This document shows positions 25,257 to 37,989 of a stretch of DNA of 64,000 bases, piece after piece (the first letter of the stretch is position 1; each line of letters begins with the position of its first letter). A model generated the notes under the pieces. It was not told the origin of the DNA. It ran no database searches and saw only the letters and a program-made list of their open reading frames with translations. Source of the stretch: Octopus vulgaris (taxonomy: Eukaryota); assembly GCA_951406725.2 (NCBI GenBank), contig OX597822.1, positions 34,286,001-34,350,000 on the forward strand, written 5' to 3'. The position numbers and the translations under genes are program-made.

Positions 25257-26274
25257 GGTACTTTAAACACGCCGTTCCCATCAATTTTGAATAACTTGTG
25301 AAGCAATGGATACATCCATTACTTCGGATGAAACCAATAGAAAAAATAAAAGAAGGGGAAGAAAAACGTAACTTGTGCTAACCATTCGATTTGTTTCTAT
25401 AAAGCTTTCGTCTTCCTAATGTCACTCAAAAGGCTTGGATCGAGCTGTTGGCTCTGATATAAACGCTTGCCTAAGGTACGAACGTGAGTATTGAGTATGA
25501 ATCCACAGAAATATCTTTGCTAGATTAGATGATTTAGTTGCTATTTTAAACTATGTCTGTATTTAGATGAACAGATGAATAATTCATAATATTCATCAAA
25601 AAACAATAAACGATATTGCAAAGAGATGATATCACTTAGAGGTATCACCTCGAATAACAGTATCACACACCCATAGAAAACAAACATAGAAATATAATAA
25701 TAAACTAACGTAAACAATTTTCAAATAAAACATCCGTATGAATGGTAGAAAAAAAATATATATCTTGTTTTAAGTAAAACAATTCATTTATCAAACATAA
25801 CAATCATACTTTTAATATAATTAAATATCTAGTATGAAAGAATAGCTTAATATGCAGAATATGTTTAGTTATAATACAAATAAAAATTCTAAAACAAACA
25901 AATTCGAAAACAAACAAATCACGATAAAAACTAATTTTCGACAAAAAAGCAACAACAATCAAAAATGTGTTAACTGGTAGCTATTTAAAAATTTCTCAGT
26001 AGTCAATAACATTAAAAGCAGCAACAAAAAATACAGAAGAAAAATGCTATTGTCATAATACGTTTGGAATTTAATATTTTTCTCGCATGATATTTTTACA
26101 CGTAACTCATTGTAAGTTGTGTCGTTATTTTTCTTTCTCTCGTGTTTTTCCGCCATTTTCGTACTTATTGTTTTGACACAGGATTAGTTTTGTTCAAGAA
26201 CACTCACAGTCAAATCGAGTTCGATCCGTAACAGCCGGTCATTATGTATACCAGGGACTACTTTTACTAGTATA

Positions 26275-26519
26275 CTCTTTACTCTTTTACTCTTTTATTT
26301 GTTTCAGTCATTTGACTGTGGCCATACTGGAGCACCGCCTTTAGTCGAGCAAACCGACCCCAGGACCCACTCTTTGTGAGCCTAGCACTTATTCTGTCAG
26401 TCTCCTTTGCCGAACCACCAAGATACGGGTCGTAAACACACCAGCATCGGTTGTCAAGCGATGTTGGGGGGGGGGACAAACACAGACACACATATACACA
26501 CATACATATATACATATAT

Positions 26520-26614
<95 letters not shown>

Positions 26615-26787
26615 TATATGTACGACAGGCTTCTTTCGGTTTCCGTCTACCAAATCCACTCACAAGGCTTTGGTTGGCCCGAGGCTATAGTAGAACACAC
26701 TTGCCCAAGGTGCCACACAGTGGGACTGAACCTGGAACTATGTGCTTCGTAAGCAAGCTACTTACCACACAGCCACTTCTACGCCTA
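26275..26787 (-). mobile_element. SINE family B
   Basis: Full-length reverse match with internal (CA)n(TA)n. Confidence 0.85.
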
Positions 26788-26834
26788 TGTTTATCATTAT
26801 TTAATAAGCAAATAAATAAATAAATTTAGAATTG

Positions 26835-27172
26835 CGGAGACCCCCAACGGTCATGACTGACAATGGAATTGCACCTAGAAAGTTATCCCCACCCCAGGCA
26901 CAAGTCCGGGCAAAGATGTTCATGGAAGACCAGCAGTCGCCCATGCATACCGGCCTCCCTTCTCCCCGCCACCAGTGTTATCCAAGGGAAAGGCAAAGGC
27001 CGATACATCTTGGCACCAGTGACGTTGCAATTAATTTCTACAGCTGAGTGAACTGGAACAACATGAAATAAAGTTTCTTGCTCAAGAACACAACACGCAG
27101 CCTGGTCCGGGATTCGAACTCACAACCTCACGATCGTGAGCTCGACGCTTTAACCACTGGGCCATGCAGCTA
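26835..27172 (-). mobile_element. tRNA-derived SINE with a distinct LINE-like tail
   Basis: Head ggcccagtggttaaagcg...gagttcgaatcccgg; the tail is also found diverged at about 2160-2285 (+). Confidence 0.7.
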
Positions 27173-27399
27173 CACAAAGTTAGAATAATAGATGGCAAAT
27201 CGTTGGGCGAAGTTAACTTCATTCATTTGATGTGCGGCCCAAACATCGACCTCGCTGACATAACCACGTTGATGCAAATGATTTTCGACACACGACTTGG
27301 ATTCTGCGATATATTTGGAGAATATCTGCGATCTACTACTACTACTACTACTACTTCTACTAATAATAATAATAATAATTATAATAATAATAATAATCC

Positions 27400-27612
27400 T
27401 TTCTGCTATAGGCACGAGTCCTGAATTTTGTGGGGAGGGGCAAGTCGATTACATCGGCCCCAGTGTTTCACTGGTACTTAATTTATCGACCCCGAAAGGA
27501 TGAAAGGCAAAGTCGACCTCGGCGAAAATTGAACTCAGAACGTAGCGGCGTGCGAAATACTACTAAGCCTTTTGCTTAACGTGCTTAACGTTTCTGCCAG
27601 TTCACTGCCTTA
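27400..27612 (-). mobile_element. SINE family A
   Basis: atcgaccccgaaaggatgaaaggcaaagtcgacctcggcg. Confidence 0.8.
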
Positions 27613-27619
27613 ATAAAAA

Positions 27620-28915
27620 CAACCATTAACACCTTGGCACTTGTAGTTGTTCAATATAGTTTTAGCATCATTAACTATTAACATTTAAGAACATTCACCA
27701 CCCAAAAGCAGACGTTGATCGTCAGTACCTACCTAGAAGTAATGGCGGAGGAGGTGTGATGCAGTTAAAAATGTGCTATAAAGCCTCCACAATAGCAATG
27801 AACAAGTACTTATCTAGTACAGATGACTAGATGCTGCGGTCAAGATCCTTGTTGGTAGCATCGGTATTTAATTGACATTCTATCGTCAAGGGAACTTGCC
27901 ATTAACCGTGAATTAGGTGAAGAACCTGAAACTACTGCCATCAAACAAGCAAAACGGATCAAGCAGACTGCAAAAAAGGAACGGGCAAAAACAATGTCAG
28001 GAGAGGTGGAGCCTGAAGCTTCTGCATGGACAGTATATTTTTTGAAGTCGAAATGGTGATGTAGATCAAGCAACAACCCATCAGTGACTGAGAAGTTAAG
28101 GACTGAAAGCAGAGATCGAAGGTTTCGTATTGGTGGCATAAGATCAAAGCTTGCTTACCAGAAACTACCGGGCTAACGTTCTTCAAAACGGTTCAGACCC
28201 TAAATGCAGATTCTGCGACACATTTGACGAAACAATAGACCATCTCGTTTCGAGATGACCTATGCTGACACCAAACCAATCACCTTGCTAGGGTAGCACA
28301 GTATTTACATTGAAAAACAAGTAAGCACTACAAAATCGACACTCTTGCTTACTTGTATGAACATCATACCGAGCTATTCGTTGAAGGTAAAGATATCACT
28401 CTCCTCTGGGATTTCCCAGTCAACACCGTCAGAACTATCCAGGTTAATCAACCAGACATAATTATTAAAGACTAGGGAGAAAATACCTGTAGACAAATAG
28501 ATGTAAGTGTTCCCACTGATGAAAATATATCTGTAAAGGAATTTCACAAATTAAGTAAATAAAAGGACTTGGAAATTGAAAACAAAAGATGTGGCATCTT
28601 AAAGCAAGAACGGTTCCTGTTAATGTAGGTACCCTAGGTATGATAAAAAAGGGATTTCAGAAACATCTAGACAACATCCCAGGAGAACCGTATCTCAGAG
28701 AAATCCTAAAGATTGTGCAGTCCTCATACTTAGAAAAGCCCTATCAATTTAAATGCTTGTGCTGTATTACATAAAAATATTTCACTACTGTCCCTGCCAC
28801 TTGCCCTCCCCAAGTTTTCAGTCATATTGTAACATTTGTTATCTTTCACTTGGGCACTGGGTGTGTCTCGGCAAGTGATTGTAACAGACATGCAGATTAA
28901 AAGTAAATAACAACA
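27620..28915 (+). mobile_element. R4/Dong-like non-LTR retrotransposon 3' part (RLE endonuclease), decayed, ending in (TAA)n
   Basis: YLPRSNGG; CRFC...ETIDHLVS zinc knuckle; LWDFPV..; PDIIIKD; IDVSVP; K..KDL; PVNVGTLG. Stops and frameshifts present. Confidence 0.85.
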
Positions 28916-28956
28916 ACAATAATAATGATAACTTGAGAAAAAAGATATATGGAGAG

Positions 28957-29005
<49 letters not shown>

Positions 29006-29139
29006 TGATGATGATGATGATGATGATGAGAAATGAAATGGAACCAGTGCGTGTGTTTATTATTGTTAAAATGATCTTCCTGAGATACAACACAATATGT
29101 AGTTCTCTCAATATTTTCTTCATCACTCTTTCTTACTCC

Positions 29140-29352
29140 TTCCTTTCTATAATAGGCACAGGGCCTGAAATATGGGGGAGGGGGAAAGTCTATTACATCG
29201 ACCTCAGTACTCAACTGGTACTTAATTTATCGATCCCGAAAGGATGAAAGTTAAAGTCAACCTCGGCGCAATTTGAACTCAGAACGTAGCGATGGGCGAA
29301 ATACCGCTTAGCATTTCGTTCAGTGTGTTAATAATTCTGCCACCTCGCCGCC
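29140..29352 (-). mobile_element. SINE family A
   Basis: Reverse match to family A. Confidence 0.75.
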
Positions 29353-30209
29353 TCTTTCTTACCCCAACCTTCACTCTCGTGTCTTTCATTGTAATTTTAC
29401 CTTCAAGTTTGCTCTCGCTCTATATTTCACGCTTCTATGTCTCCGTTCTCTCCTCAAACTCTCCCCATAGCTTTATCGCCTCTTGGTTTTTTCCTGTATT
29501 TTTATCTTGCTTACACAATTATCTGTGTTTGTCTGGATTTCTATATTTCAGTTACAAAAGTCATTCTATTTATATTATTTTTCTTTCGTTACCCTAACCC
29601 TTATTTCCCCCAGAGTATACCATTGAAGCACGAACATACACGCATACATACACTCACACACACACTCACGCACACACACACATACACACACTCTCACAAC
29701 CTCTTTCTCACACACACACTATCTCACTCACACACACACTATCTCACTCACACACACACTATCTCTCGCACACACACATTACATACACACATAATATACA
29801 CAAACACGCACTCATACACAAACACAGATTCACTTTCTCTTTTTCACACTCTTCTCAGAATTGTTATTACTTATTTTCCAGCACTCATCCGTCCACTCAT
29901 TGATTAATTCCCTTCTATATTACAAGGTGCCGTACCAGACATCTAAATAAATATTTAGTGCGAAAAATCAATCAGGAATCATTTCCCATACGGTTGTAAT
30001 CTTATCGACAAGTTTGTTGAATAAATGTTATTATAAAAATAACAAATCATTGATTGTCATTAAAAATTAAATCGAAACCAAATTTGATTTTAACAAAAAT
30101 AAATAAATAAATAAAGTGATATGTTATATCAGTGAACTGCAGAAAAGAAAAAGGAAACAGAAAGCAAAGCGAGAAGAAAGTTTTATATCAAGATTTTATT
30201 TACTATAAT

Positions 30210-30835
30210 TCTTTTCTACTCTAAGAACAAAGCTCGAAATTTGAGGGGAGAGACCAAACGATTTGATCGACCCCTGTACGCAACTGGTACTTAATTTATT
30301 GAGCCCCGAAAGGATGAAAGGCAATGTCGACCTCGGCGGAAACAGATTTTATGTTACAGGATATTTGTATAAGGCAACGAGCCTTTAGTACTTCGGGCAA
30401 AATGATTAACGACATTCCTACCGGCTCTTTATGTTCTGAGTTAAAATTCTGCCGAGGTCGACTTTACCTGTCATCATTTCGGGAACGATAAATTAAGTAC
30501 CAGTCAAGCACTGGAGTTTTTGTAATCGACTGGTTCCCATCCTCAAATTTTCAGGTGTTGTACCCATAGTAGAAAAAAGTTTGTGTCCCAGCATGACCGC
30601 AGTCTAATGAGTGAAACATGTAAAAGATATATACAAGGAGACGAGCTGGAAGAATCGTTAGCGAAAGATGGCTAACAGCATTTTTCTGTTTCTTTATATC
30701 CTGAGTTCAAATTCCACCAAGCGTGACTTTGCTTTTTAACATTCTGGGGTTGATAAAATGAGCACTGGAGTTCATGTTATCAATTATTCTCCTCTGCTAA
30801 ATGTGCTGGATTTGTGCCAAAATTTCAAACCAATA
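30210..30835. mobile_element. Cluster of three diverged SINE family A pieces (one minus, two plus)
   Basis: Core motifs near 30305 (-), 30450 (+) and 30705 (+). Confidence 0.65.
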
Positions 30836-30837
30836 TA

Positions 30838-30985
30838 TTGTGGTAAGTAGCTTGCTTATGAACCACATGGTTCCGGGTCCAGTCCCACTGCACCATGGGC
30901 AAGTGTCTTCTACTATAGCCGCCTATGGCCGACCAAAGCCTTGTGAGAGAATTTGGAAGACTGAAACTGAAAGAAGCCTGTCGTA

Positions 30986-31024
<39 letters not shown>

Positions 31025-31132
31025 ATCACGTGACCGACCAGTCCATCAGATGTAGTTACACATCGCTGGTCACAATGCGTTCGCATTGTTTTAGCCTTCG
31101 AATGACGCCACCCCGCTGGCTAAGCGAGCAGG

Positions 31133-31189
<57 letters not shown>

Positions 31190-31312
31190 GGCAAAAGAGA
31201 CCGATAGAATAAGTACTAGGCTTACAAAGAAGAAGTCCTGGGGTCAATTTGCTCAAATAAAGGCGGGGCGCCAGCATGGCCACAGTCAAATGACTGAAAC
31301 GAGTAAAAGAGA
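30838..31312 (+). mobile_element. SINE family B with an insert in its (TA)n linker
   Basis: Head 30838-30985, tail 31187-31312. Confidence 0.75.
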
Positions 31313-31728
31313 GAATATCTATATCATTTGATTTGCATTGGCAATTTCTACAAATAAGGGAATCACGTCTGATTTCGAAGAGGGATTCCCAATACGCCGT
31401 CGATATGATCGATTTTTGTTAAGTGGACACTGGCAACTACATTGTGCATGCTTTGTTTCAAATCCCTGTTGAAAGCTGCAGAGAAACTGTTTTAACAAAA
31501 GAGATTTTTGTATAATTAAGAGAATGGTATAAAATAAATTTTTAAAAATATATATGGCAATTGATGAACAGTAGAGCCATTGCAATATGATCCCTACGAG
31601 TTCAAGTTACAGCATTTCTGACAGTGAGAGCAACAAGGGAGCATCTGGAACTGGCATTGATAATAAATATCTTAAGGGTTTAATTTGTAGAGGATAGAAT
31701 TTTTAGTGTTATCGTTGATACATACACA

Positions 31729-31877
31729 AGCGCAGGAGTGGCTGTGTGGTAAGTAGCTTGCTTACCAACCACATGGTTCCGGCTTCAGTTCCACTGCGCG
31801 GCACCTTGGGTAAGTGTCTTCTATTATAGCCTCGGGCCAACCAAAGATTTGTGAGTGGATTTGGTTGACGGAAACTG

Positions 31878-31923
<46 letters not shown>

Positions 31924-32130
31924 TTATGTATAGGTTTGTGTGTCTGTGTTTGTGCCCCCAACGTCGCTTGACAACTGATGCTTGTGTGTTTACGTCCCCG
32001 CTAATTAGCAATTCGGCAAGAGAGACCGATAGAATAAGTACTAGGCTTACAAAGAATAAGTCCAGGGCTCGATTTGATCGACTAAAGGTGGTGCTCCAGC
32101 ATGACCGCAGTCAAATAAAAGAGTAAAAGA
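31729..32130 (+). mobile_element. SINE family B
   Basis: gcgcaggagtggctgtgtggtaagtagc...gagtaaaaga. Confidence 0.85.
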
Positions 32131-32685
32131 ATACACAGAAACAGAAACCCATATATATATGTGAAAAAAAAATACATGCAGGTTAACGTATGAAGATGTA
32201 AAAGCATATCACAATAAATTGATGCGTCTGTTTCCGTGCCTATGAAAATTTTAGCTCTGTATCTATAATTGCTATAGCTGGAGTTAGTTCGCCAATATCG
32301 ACCTATATCTTCTTGAAACGGCCGTAAGATTTTGTATCTATTTAGAATTCCTCATGAATCATTTTATACTAACTTTCTTATCTACCCTCCTCATTGATTC
32401 TAATACGGACATTAGGACTTCGCAAGTACAGCTGTGTTTATATATTTACGAATTTTTATGTTTGTAAATTTTCATATATATTTATGAATTTTTATATATT
32501 TATAAATCTTCGTATGAATATATGTTTTTGATTGATTGATTCTAGTTTGCAAACTCTTTAAAATTTTTATCATATCTCATAAATGTAAACGCATCTATGT
32601 ATATTGTATACTGTAGAGAATTTCGTTAATTTGAAATGGTCTGAATGAATATATACACCGACTTTTGAAATTTGTCTCTACCCTT

Positions 32686-32744
<59 letters not shown>

Positions 32745-32832
32745 TAAAATAAGATAAAATTGTTTTCAGAAATAAATTTCATCATAAGTGGCAGCATATT
32801 AAAATACATTTAAAGGTTAAAATTTTATAAAG

Positions 32833-33029
<197 letters not shown>

Positions 33030-33030
33030 C

Positions 33031-33085
<55 letters not shown>

Positions 33086-33096
<11 letters not shown>

Positions 33097-33209
33097 ATTC
33101 GAGACAAAACCACTATTTTGCAAAACAAACAAGGAAAGACTTAATCAAAATTAAGTCTTTCCTTGTTTGTTTTGCAAAATAGTGGTTTTGTCTCGAATTA
33201 TATTATATA
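33086..33209. repeat. Perfect hairpin, 60-bp arms, 4-nt loop, between (TA)n tracts
   Basis: ...ggaaagacttaat-caaa-attaagtctttcc...; the arms are exact reverse complements. Confidence 0.95.
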
Positions 33210-33279
33210 ATATTTTACTATAAAATTGGATTTAATCCTAAATCTGATTTTTCCCTGTAAATTTGGATTTATTCCCTAA

Positions 33280-33347
<68 letters not shown>

Positions 33348-33359
33348 CATACATATTTC

Positions 33360-33657
33360 GTTTTTGAATTTGGTTTTCAAGAGCCTTTATGTGAGTTCGT
33401 GTGTTAAGGATGTTCTGTTGTGTCTGGGAAGAGTGATTCTCTTTCAGTGCCTTATTAGTTAGCGCACTCACCGGTAAAATTTCCACTCATTTATTTATTT
33501 TTCTAAAATTTTCGTTGCGTCTTGCAACCTTTTCAAAAGCTGTTGACTCTCCTTTATTCAAGTTGCCTTCCTTTTGTTTATGCGCATGTATGTGGGTCAG
33601 TGTGTGTGCGCATACACATGTATGCATGTAAGTTTGTATGTATGTATTCTGCATATT

Positions 33658-33690
<33 letters not shown>

Positions 33691-34640
33691 CTCTGTCTCC
33701 TTGCGTGTCCATGTCTGAGTGTGTCTGTGTGTGTATGGATTTTTGTGATTATGTACTATGTCTGTATGTACGGATGTGTATCTCCATATGTGTGGACGTG
33801 TGTCTCCATATGTGTCCATGTGTAAAGAGAAGTGTGTGTGTATATGGTCATGTGTTTCAGTCTTCATTTGCGTATGCATGTATGTGTGCTTGTCTGTTCA
33901 TTTTACGTATGTACCTATCCGTCTGTATGTCTATCTGTTTACTTTCATATCCATTTGCCTACATACATGTGCATATACATATACATATTATCCAAGCACC
34001 CGAAGGACCCAACTCTCAGACAAATACAAGAGTACGTCCTCATAAATGAAACATCCCCAGTACTAAATAGGAAATATATGTAGTAGGTAATGATATCCCC
34101 ATACCTACAGTTTATATTTATATACAGGTAGAATAGTTCGTAGGCTGTTATGTAGATAGATATATGTATGTGTGTGTGTGTGTGTATATATATGTATATG
34201 TAAATGCACATGTATGTAGGCATATGGATCTGAAAGTAAACAGATAGATATACAGACGGATAGGTACATAGGTAATATGAACAGACAAGCGCACACATAC
34301 GCAAATGAAGACTGAAACACATGATCATATACACACACACTTCACTTCACACAAGGACACATATGGAGACACACGTCCACACATACAGACAGTACATAGT
34401 CACAAAAACCTATACACACACAGTATATAGTCACAAAAATCCATACGCACACAGACATACTCAGAGATGCACACACAAGGAGACAGAGGTACACATACAT
34501 ATGCAAAACACACACACACACACACACACACACAACAAACAAACATACAAACATATGAATATGCAGAATACTTACATACAAACGTACACATATACATATA
34601 TACATACGCGCACATGCACTTACATGCATACATGCACTTA
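33360..34640 (+). mobile_element. Old, heavily truncated PLE with inverted 3' duplication
   Basis: Spacer encodes ILSKHPKDPTLRQIQEYVLINETSPVLNRK, homologous to ILSTHRTDATIRQITEATHIIENKPSLNRK of the 8963 ORF. Diverged inverted arms at about 33630-33988 and 34190-34590. The left end resembles 7846-7890. Confidence 0.8.
33500..33541 (-). ncRNA. Degenerate hammerhead-like motif (U3-A8, 8-nt core strand)
   Basis: gcuu-UUGAAAAG-guugc(aagac)gcaac-GAAAAUUU-uag; same position relative to the element end as 8014-8058. Confidence 0.45.
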
Positions 34641-34689
34641 CATGCATACATGCACTTACATGCATGCATACATAGATGCGATTGCTAAT

Positions 34690-35200
34690 CAACAAAACTG
34701 TGATGTCAGAGGTGTGAGAGCATAGGAGGAACCTAGTTTCAATGGGGCTGGACTACAAGAAAGCCTTTGACTCTGTTCCCCACTCATGGATGCTAGAATC
34801 CCTTCAACTTGCTAAAGTTCCAGTGAGAATAGTCAAAGCCTTTAGCTAACCTGACTTCATCGTGGGCCACTAAGAGTGACTGTATTGTCACCAATAGAAT
34901 ACAATATTGCAAAGGTATATTCTATGTAGATAGTCTCTCTGTGATGTTTATTCTTTCTGTAAACCCCATGTCATTCATGTTTAGGAAGTTTGAAGGATAT
35001 CTCACTGGTTCACAAGGAAACAGAAATACCAAAATTACACACTGTTTCTTTGTGGATGACTTAAAACTTTATGCAAAGAATTTGCATGAGATGAAAAAGA
35101 GCCTTGACCTAGTTACAGCACGCTCAACGTATTAGGGGTGGAGTTTGGTCAGGATAAATGTTGTTATATGGTTGTGAAAAGGTGGAAAACTATAAACCAG
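34690..35200 (+). pseudogene. R4/Dong-like RT fragment
   Basis: DYKKAFDSVPHSW; ITHCFFVDDLKLYAK; EFGQDKC. Confidence 0.8.
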
Positions 35201-35209
35201 ACTAGTAGC

Positions 35210-35246
35210 ATCCACCACCACCACCACCACCACCGCAACAACATCA

Positions 35247-35315
<69 letters not shown>

Positions 35316-35349
35316 GCTACTGCTACTACTGCTGCTACTACTACTGCTG

Positions 35350-35399
<50 letters not shown>

Positions 35400-35737
35400 G
35401 CTACTGCTACTACTGCTGCTACTACTACTAAGGCATCTACCACTTCCACCACCACCATACCAGCACCAGCACCACCAACACCAGCACCACCACCACCAGC
35501 ACCACCAGCAGCAGCACCAGCAGCAGCACCAGCAGCAGCACCAGCAGCAGCACCAGCAGCAGCACCAGCAGCAGCAGCAGCAGCACCACCACCACCACCG
35601 CCACCGCCACCACCACTACCACCAGCACCAGCACCACCACTACCACCACCACCACTACCATCAATACCACCATCACCACCACCACCAATACCACCACCAC
35701 CACTACCACCACCACCACCACCACCACCACCACCACC
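35210..35737. repeat. Compound trinucleotide microsatellite (CAC/TAC/CAG)n
   Basis: Directly visible. Confidence 0.95.
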
Positions 35738-36254
35738 TTTGTTTTGTTTCTGGCGTTATATTTTGAGCTCTGTGAGGTGAAGGCAATCTGTCGATAGTTT
35801 TCCCGTTTTCGGATTTGTTTTTGAGATGAGTTTTATTTCATTACGGAACGAAGTATAACCCCAGGACCTGATCGGTCTCTTTGCTTCGTGCCGCATTGGT
35901 ACATACGTATTTATCTAAAAATTGCTTTGTGCTCTATCACAAAATATCAAACGGTAAAGAGTATGATTACGAAACGCCAGTCAAGCAAACAAGAGAATGT
36001 CTTAAGAGAAAGAACGTTTAATTATTTTACTCTTAACAACTTTTTCTAGTTTGCCAGCGGCGGGGGTAAGAGTTTCCATTTTCACTCTTAATGACTTTGG
36101 ATCTCTTTCAGTCAACGATGCAAGTGTTAATAACACTTCCAATGCTGCTCCCGTAGACAAGGCTGAGAAAGAGGGACGCGATGCCAACGGCAGCAGTAGC
36201 AACAGCAACAGAGCAATCTGTTAAAATCAGTAACAAGACAGCTCAAGCAACAAA

Positions 36255-36840
36255 AATTCTTTTCTACTCTAGGCACAAGGCCAGAAATTTTTGAGGAGGG
36301 GTCTTGTCGATTAGATCGACACCAGTGTGCAACTGGTACTTAATTTACCGACCCCGAAAGGATGAAAGGCAAAGTCAACCTTAACGCAATTTGAACTCAG
36401 AACATAGAGATAGACGAAATACCTATTTCTTTACTACCTACAAGGGGCTAAACACAGAGAGGACAAACAAGGACAGATAAACGGATTAAGTCGATTATAT
36501 CGACCCCAGTGCGTAACTGGTACTTATTTAATCGACCCCGAAAGGATGAAAGGCAAAGTCGACCTCGGCGGAATTTGAACTCAGAACGTAACGTCAGAAG
36601 AAATACCTATTTCTTTACTACACACAAATGGTTAAACACATAGAGGACAAACAAGGACAGACAAACGGATTAAGTCGATTATATCGACTCCAGTGCGTAA
36701 CTTGTACTTATTTAATCGACCCCGAAAAGATGAAAGGCAAAGTCGACCTCGGTGGAATTTGAACTCAGAACGTAAAGGCAGACGAAATGCCGCAAAGCAT
36801 TTCGCCCGGCGTGCTAACGTTTCTGCAGGCTCACAGCCTT
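36255..36840 (-). mobile_element. SINE family A trimer with mixed tails
   Basis: Junctions at 36423 and 36607; TSD tcaagcaacaaa (36243-36254, 36841-36852). Confidence 0.88.
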
Positions 36841-37511
36841 TCAAGCAACAAATATTACAATAATAGAGAGAAAACTACACTACCATTACCAAAAACTACA
36901 ATGATAAACCCAACAACAACAACAACGACCATACCGTTGTGACCATCTCAACTGCATGTCGGCTAAATTTTCGCAGTTCTCAATAACCATCACCACTATA
37001 CTCGTCATGTCTACCATCAACAAACTCCAACACAGTTTTCACTACGGTAGTTGATATCTGTGTTAAGTTCTACACTAAGGTAATTGGTAAGACTGGCCAT
37101 GATACGGTTAGAACGCCAGCAAGTGAAAATATATTGATTTCGAGTATCCGGAATAACTCGAAGAAAGGAGTGGGAACGGAAGGCGTATGATGGGTCCGAG
37201 TAGCAGAGGTGCGACATAATGACAAATTCGCTATTCCCTATTTGTCATACTGGAACAAGCGCTCGCCAAACGATTCCACCCAGACGTGTGCATTGATCCA
37301 GTTGAACATTATTCAATTGTTCGCAACTGAAGGGTGAACTTGAAACAATATTGATTGTAGAACGTACCTTGGTCGACCTGCAGCAGTTCTTGCTGCGGAG
37401 TGTTGCGAAAGACTAATAAAAGTAGCTGAGATACAGTTGGTGGTTGACGCATACGAGAGTTGAATCGCATGGTTTGAATGGTATTTCATATGAGTTTTAC
37501 TTATATTATAT

Positions 37512-37922
37512 ATTTCTTTACTACCCACAAGGGGCTAAATATAGAGGGGACAAACAAGGACAGACAAATGGATTAAGTCGATTACATCGACACCAGTGCG
37601 AAACTGGTACTTTATTTATCGACCCCGAAAGGATGAAAGGTAAAGTCTACCTCGGCGGAATTTGAACTCAGAACGTAGCGGCAGACGAAATACCTATTTC
37701 TTTATTACCCACAAGGGGCTAAACACAGATGGGACAAACAAGGACAGACATAGGTATTAAGTCGTTACTCGACCCCAGTGCGTAACTGGTACTTAATTTA
37801 TCGACCCCGAAAGGATGAAAGGCAAAGTCGACCTCGGCGGAATTTGAACTCACAACGTAACGCAGACGAAATACCGCTAAGCATTTCGCCCGGCGCGCTA
37901 ACGTTTCTGCCAGCTCGCCGCC
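37512..37922 (-). mobile_element. SINE family A dimer
   Basis: Junction at 37694; flanking duplication ttttacttatattata. Confidence 0.88.
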
Positions 37923-37989
37923 ATTTTTACTTATATTATATTATGTCAGACATGTTTATAGACGTCTGCTGCCAGCTGCAGTATTCATA

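Noticed and set aside
31319-31700. Possible exon or hAT transposase remnant
   Set aside because: Only vague similarity and no convincing motif.
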